Of a stretch of 64,000 bases of DNA, positions 63,801-64,000 are shown piece by piece; the first letter of the stretch is position 1; each line of letters begins with the position of its first letter. The DNA comes from Octopus bimaculoides. Taxonomy: Eukaryota. The stretch spans positions 69,577,198 through 69,641,197 of the forward strand of contig NC_068990.1 of the NCBI RefSeq assembly GCF_001194135.2, in the 5' to 3' direction. Under the pieces are notes generated by a model. It made no database searches and was not told the DNA's origin. It saw nothing but the letters and a program-made list of their open reading frames with translations. Position numbers and translations under genes: made by a program.

Positions 63801-64000
63801 AGGCGCAGGAGTGGCTGTGTGGTAAGTAGCTTGCTTACCAACCACATGGTTCCGGGTTCAGTCCCACTGCGTGGCACCTTAGACAAGTGTCTTCTACTAT
63901 AGCCTCGGGCCGACCAAAGCCTTGTGAGTAGATTTGGTAGACGGAAACCGAAAGAAGCCCGTCGTATATACGTATATGTATATATATATGTGTGTGTGTT
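63801..64000 (+). mobile_element. SINE family B (young copy, runs off the window)
   Basis: Consensus head and body. Confidence 0.92.

Overview
Eukaryotic, AT-rich, microsatellite-dense genomic DNA with 14 assembly gaps (about 7 kb of N). The SINE families match my recollection of Octopus (coleoid cephalopod) repeats; the species call is an inference. I could not confidently identify any host protein-coding exon, and most ORFs in the supplied track are microsatellite or N-gap artefacts. The window is a mobile-element graveyard: at least three tRNA-derived SINE families (about 40 copies); relics of hAT, Tc1/mariner and Tigger/pogo DNA transposons; several MITEs; a Penelope-like (PLE) RT fragment; RTE and restriction-like-endonuclease (R4/Dong-type) non-LTR retrotransposon fragments; and a Ty3/Gypsy element lacking RT-RNaseH. 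The best find is at 54470-55478: three copies of a ~355-bp unit (one inverted, two tandem), each carrying a type I hammerhead ribozyme fold. The middle copy has an intact catalytic core. This is the layout of an animal non-LTR retrozyme or PLE pseudo-LTR array. Other notable items are a GGG-ended long-TIR MITE family with 6-bp target duplications, a ~560-bp inverted duplication, and retroposons stacked into (TAA)n arrays. SINE and relic boundaries are approximate, read by eye.
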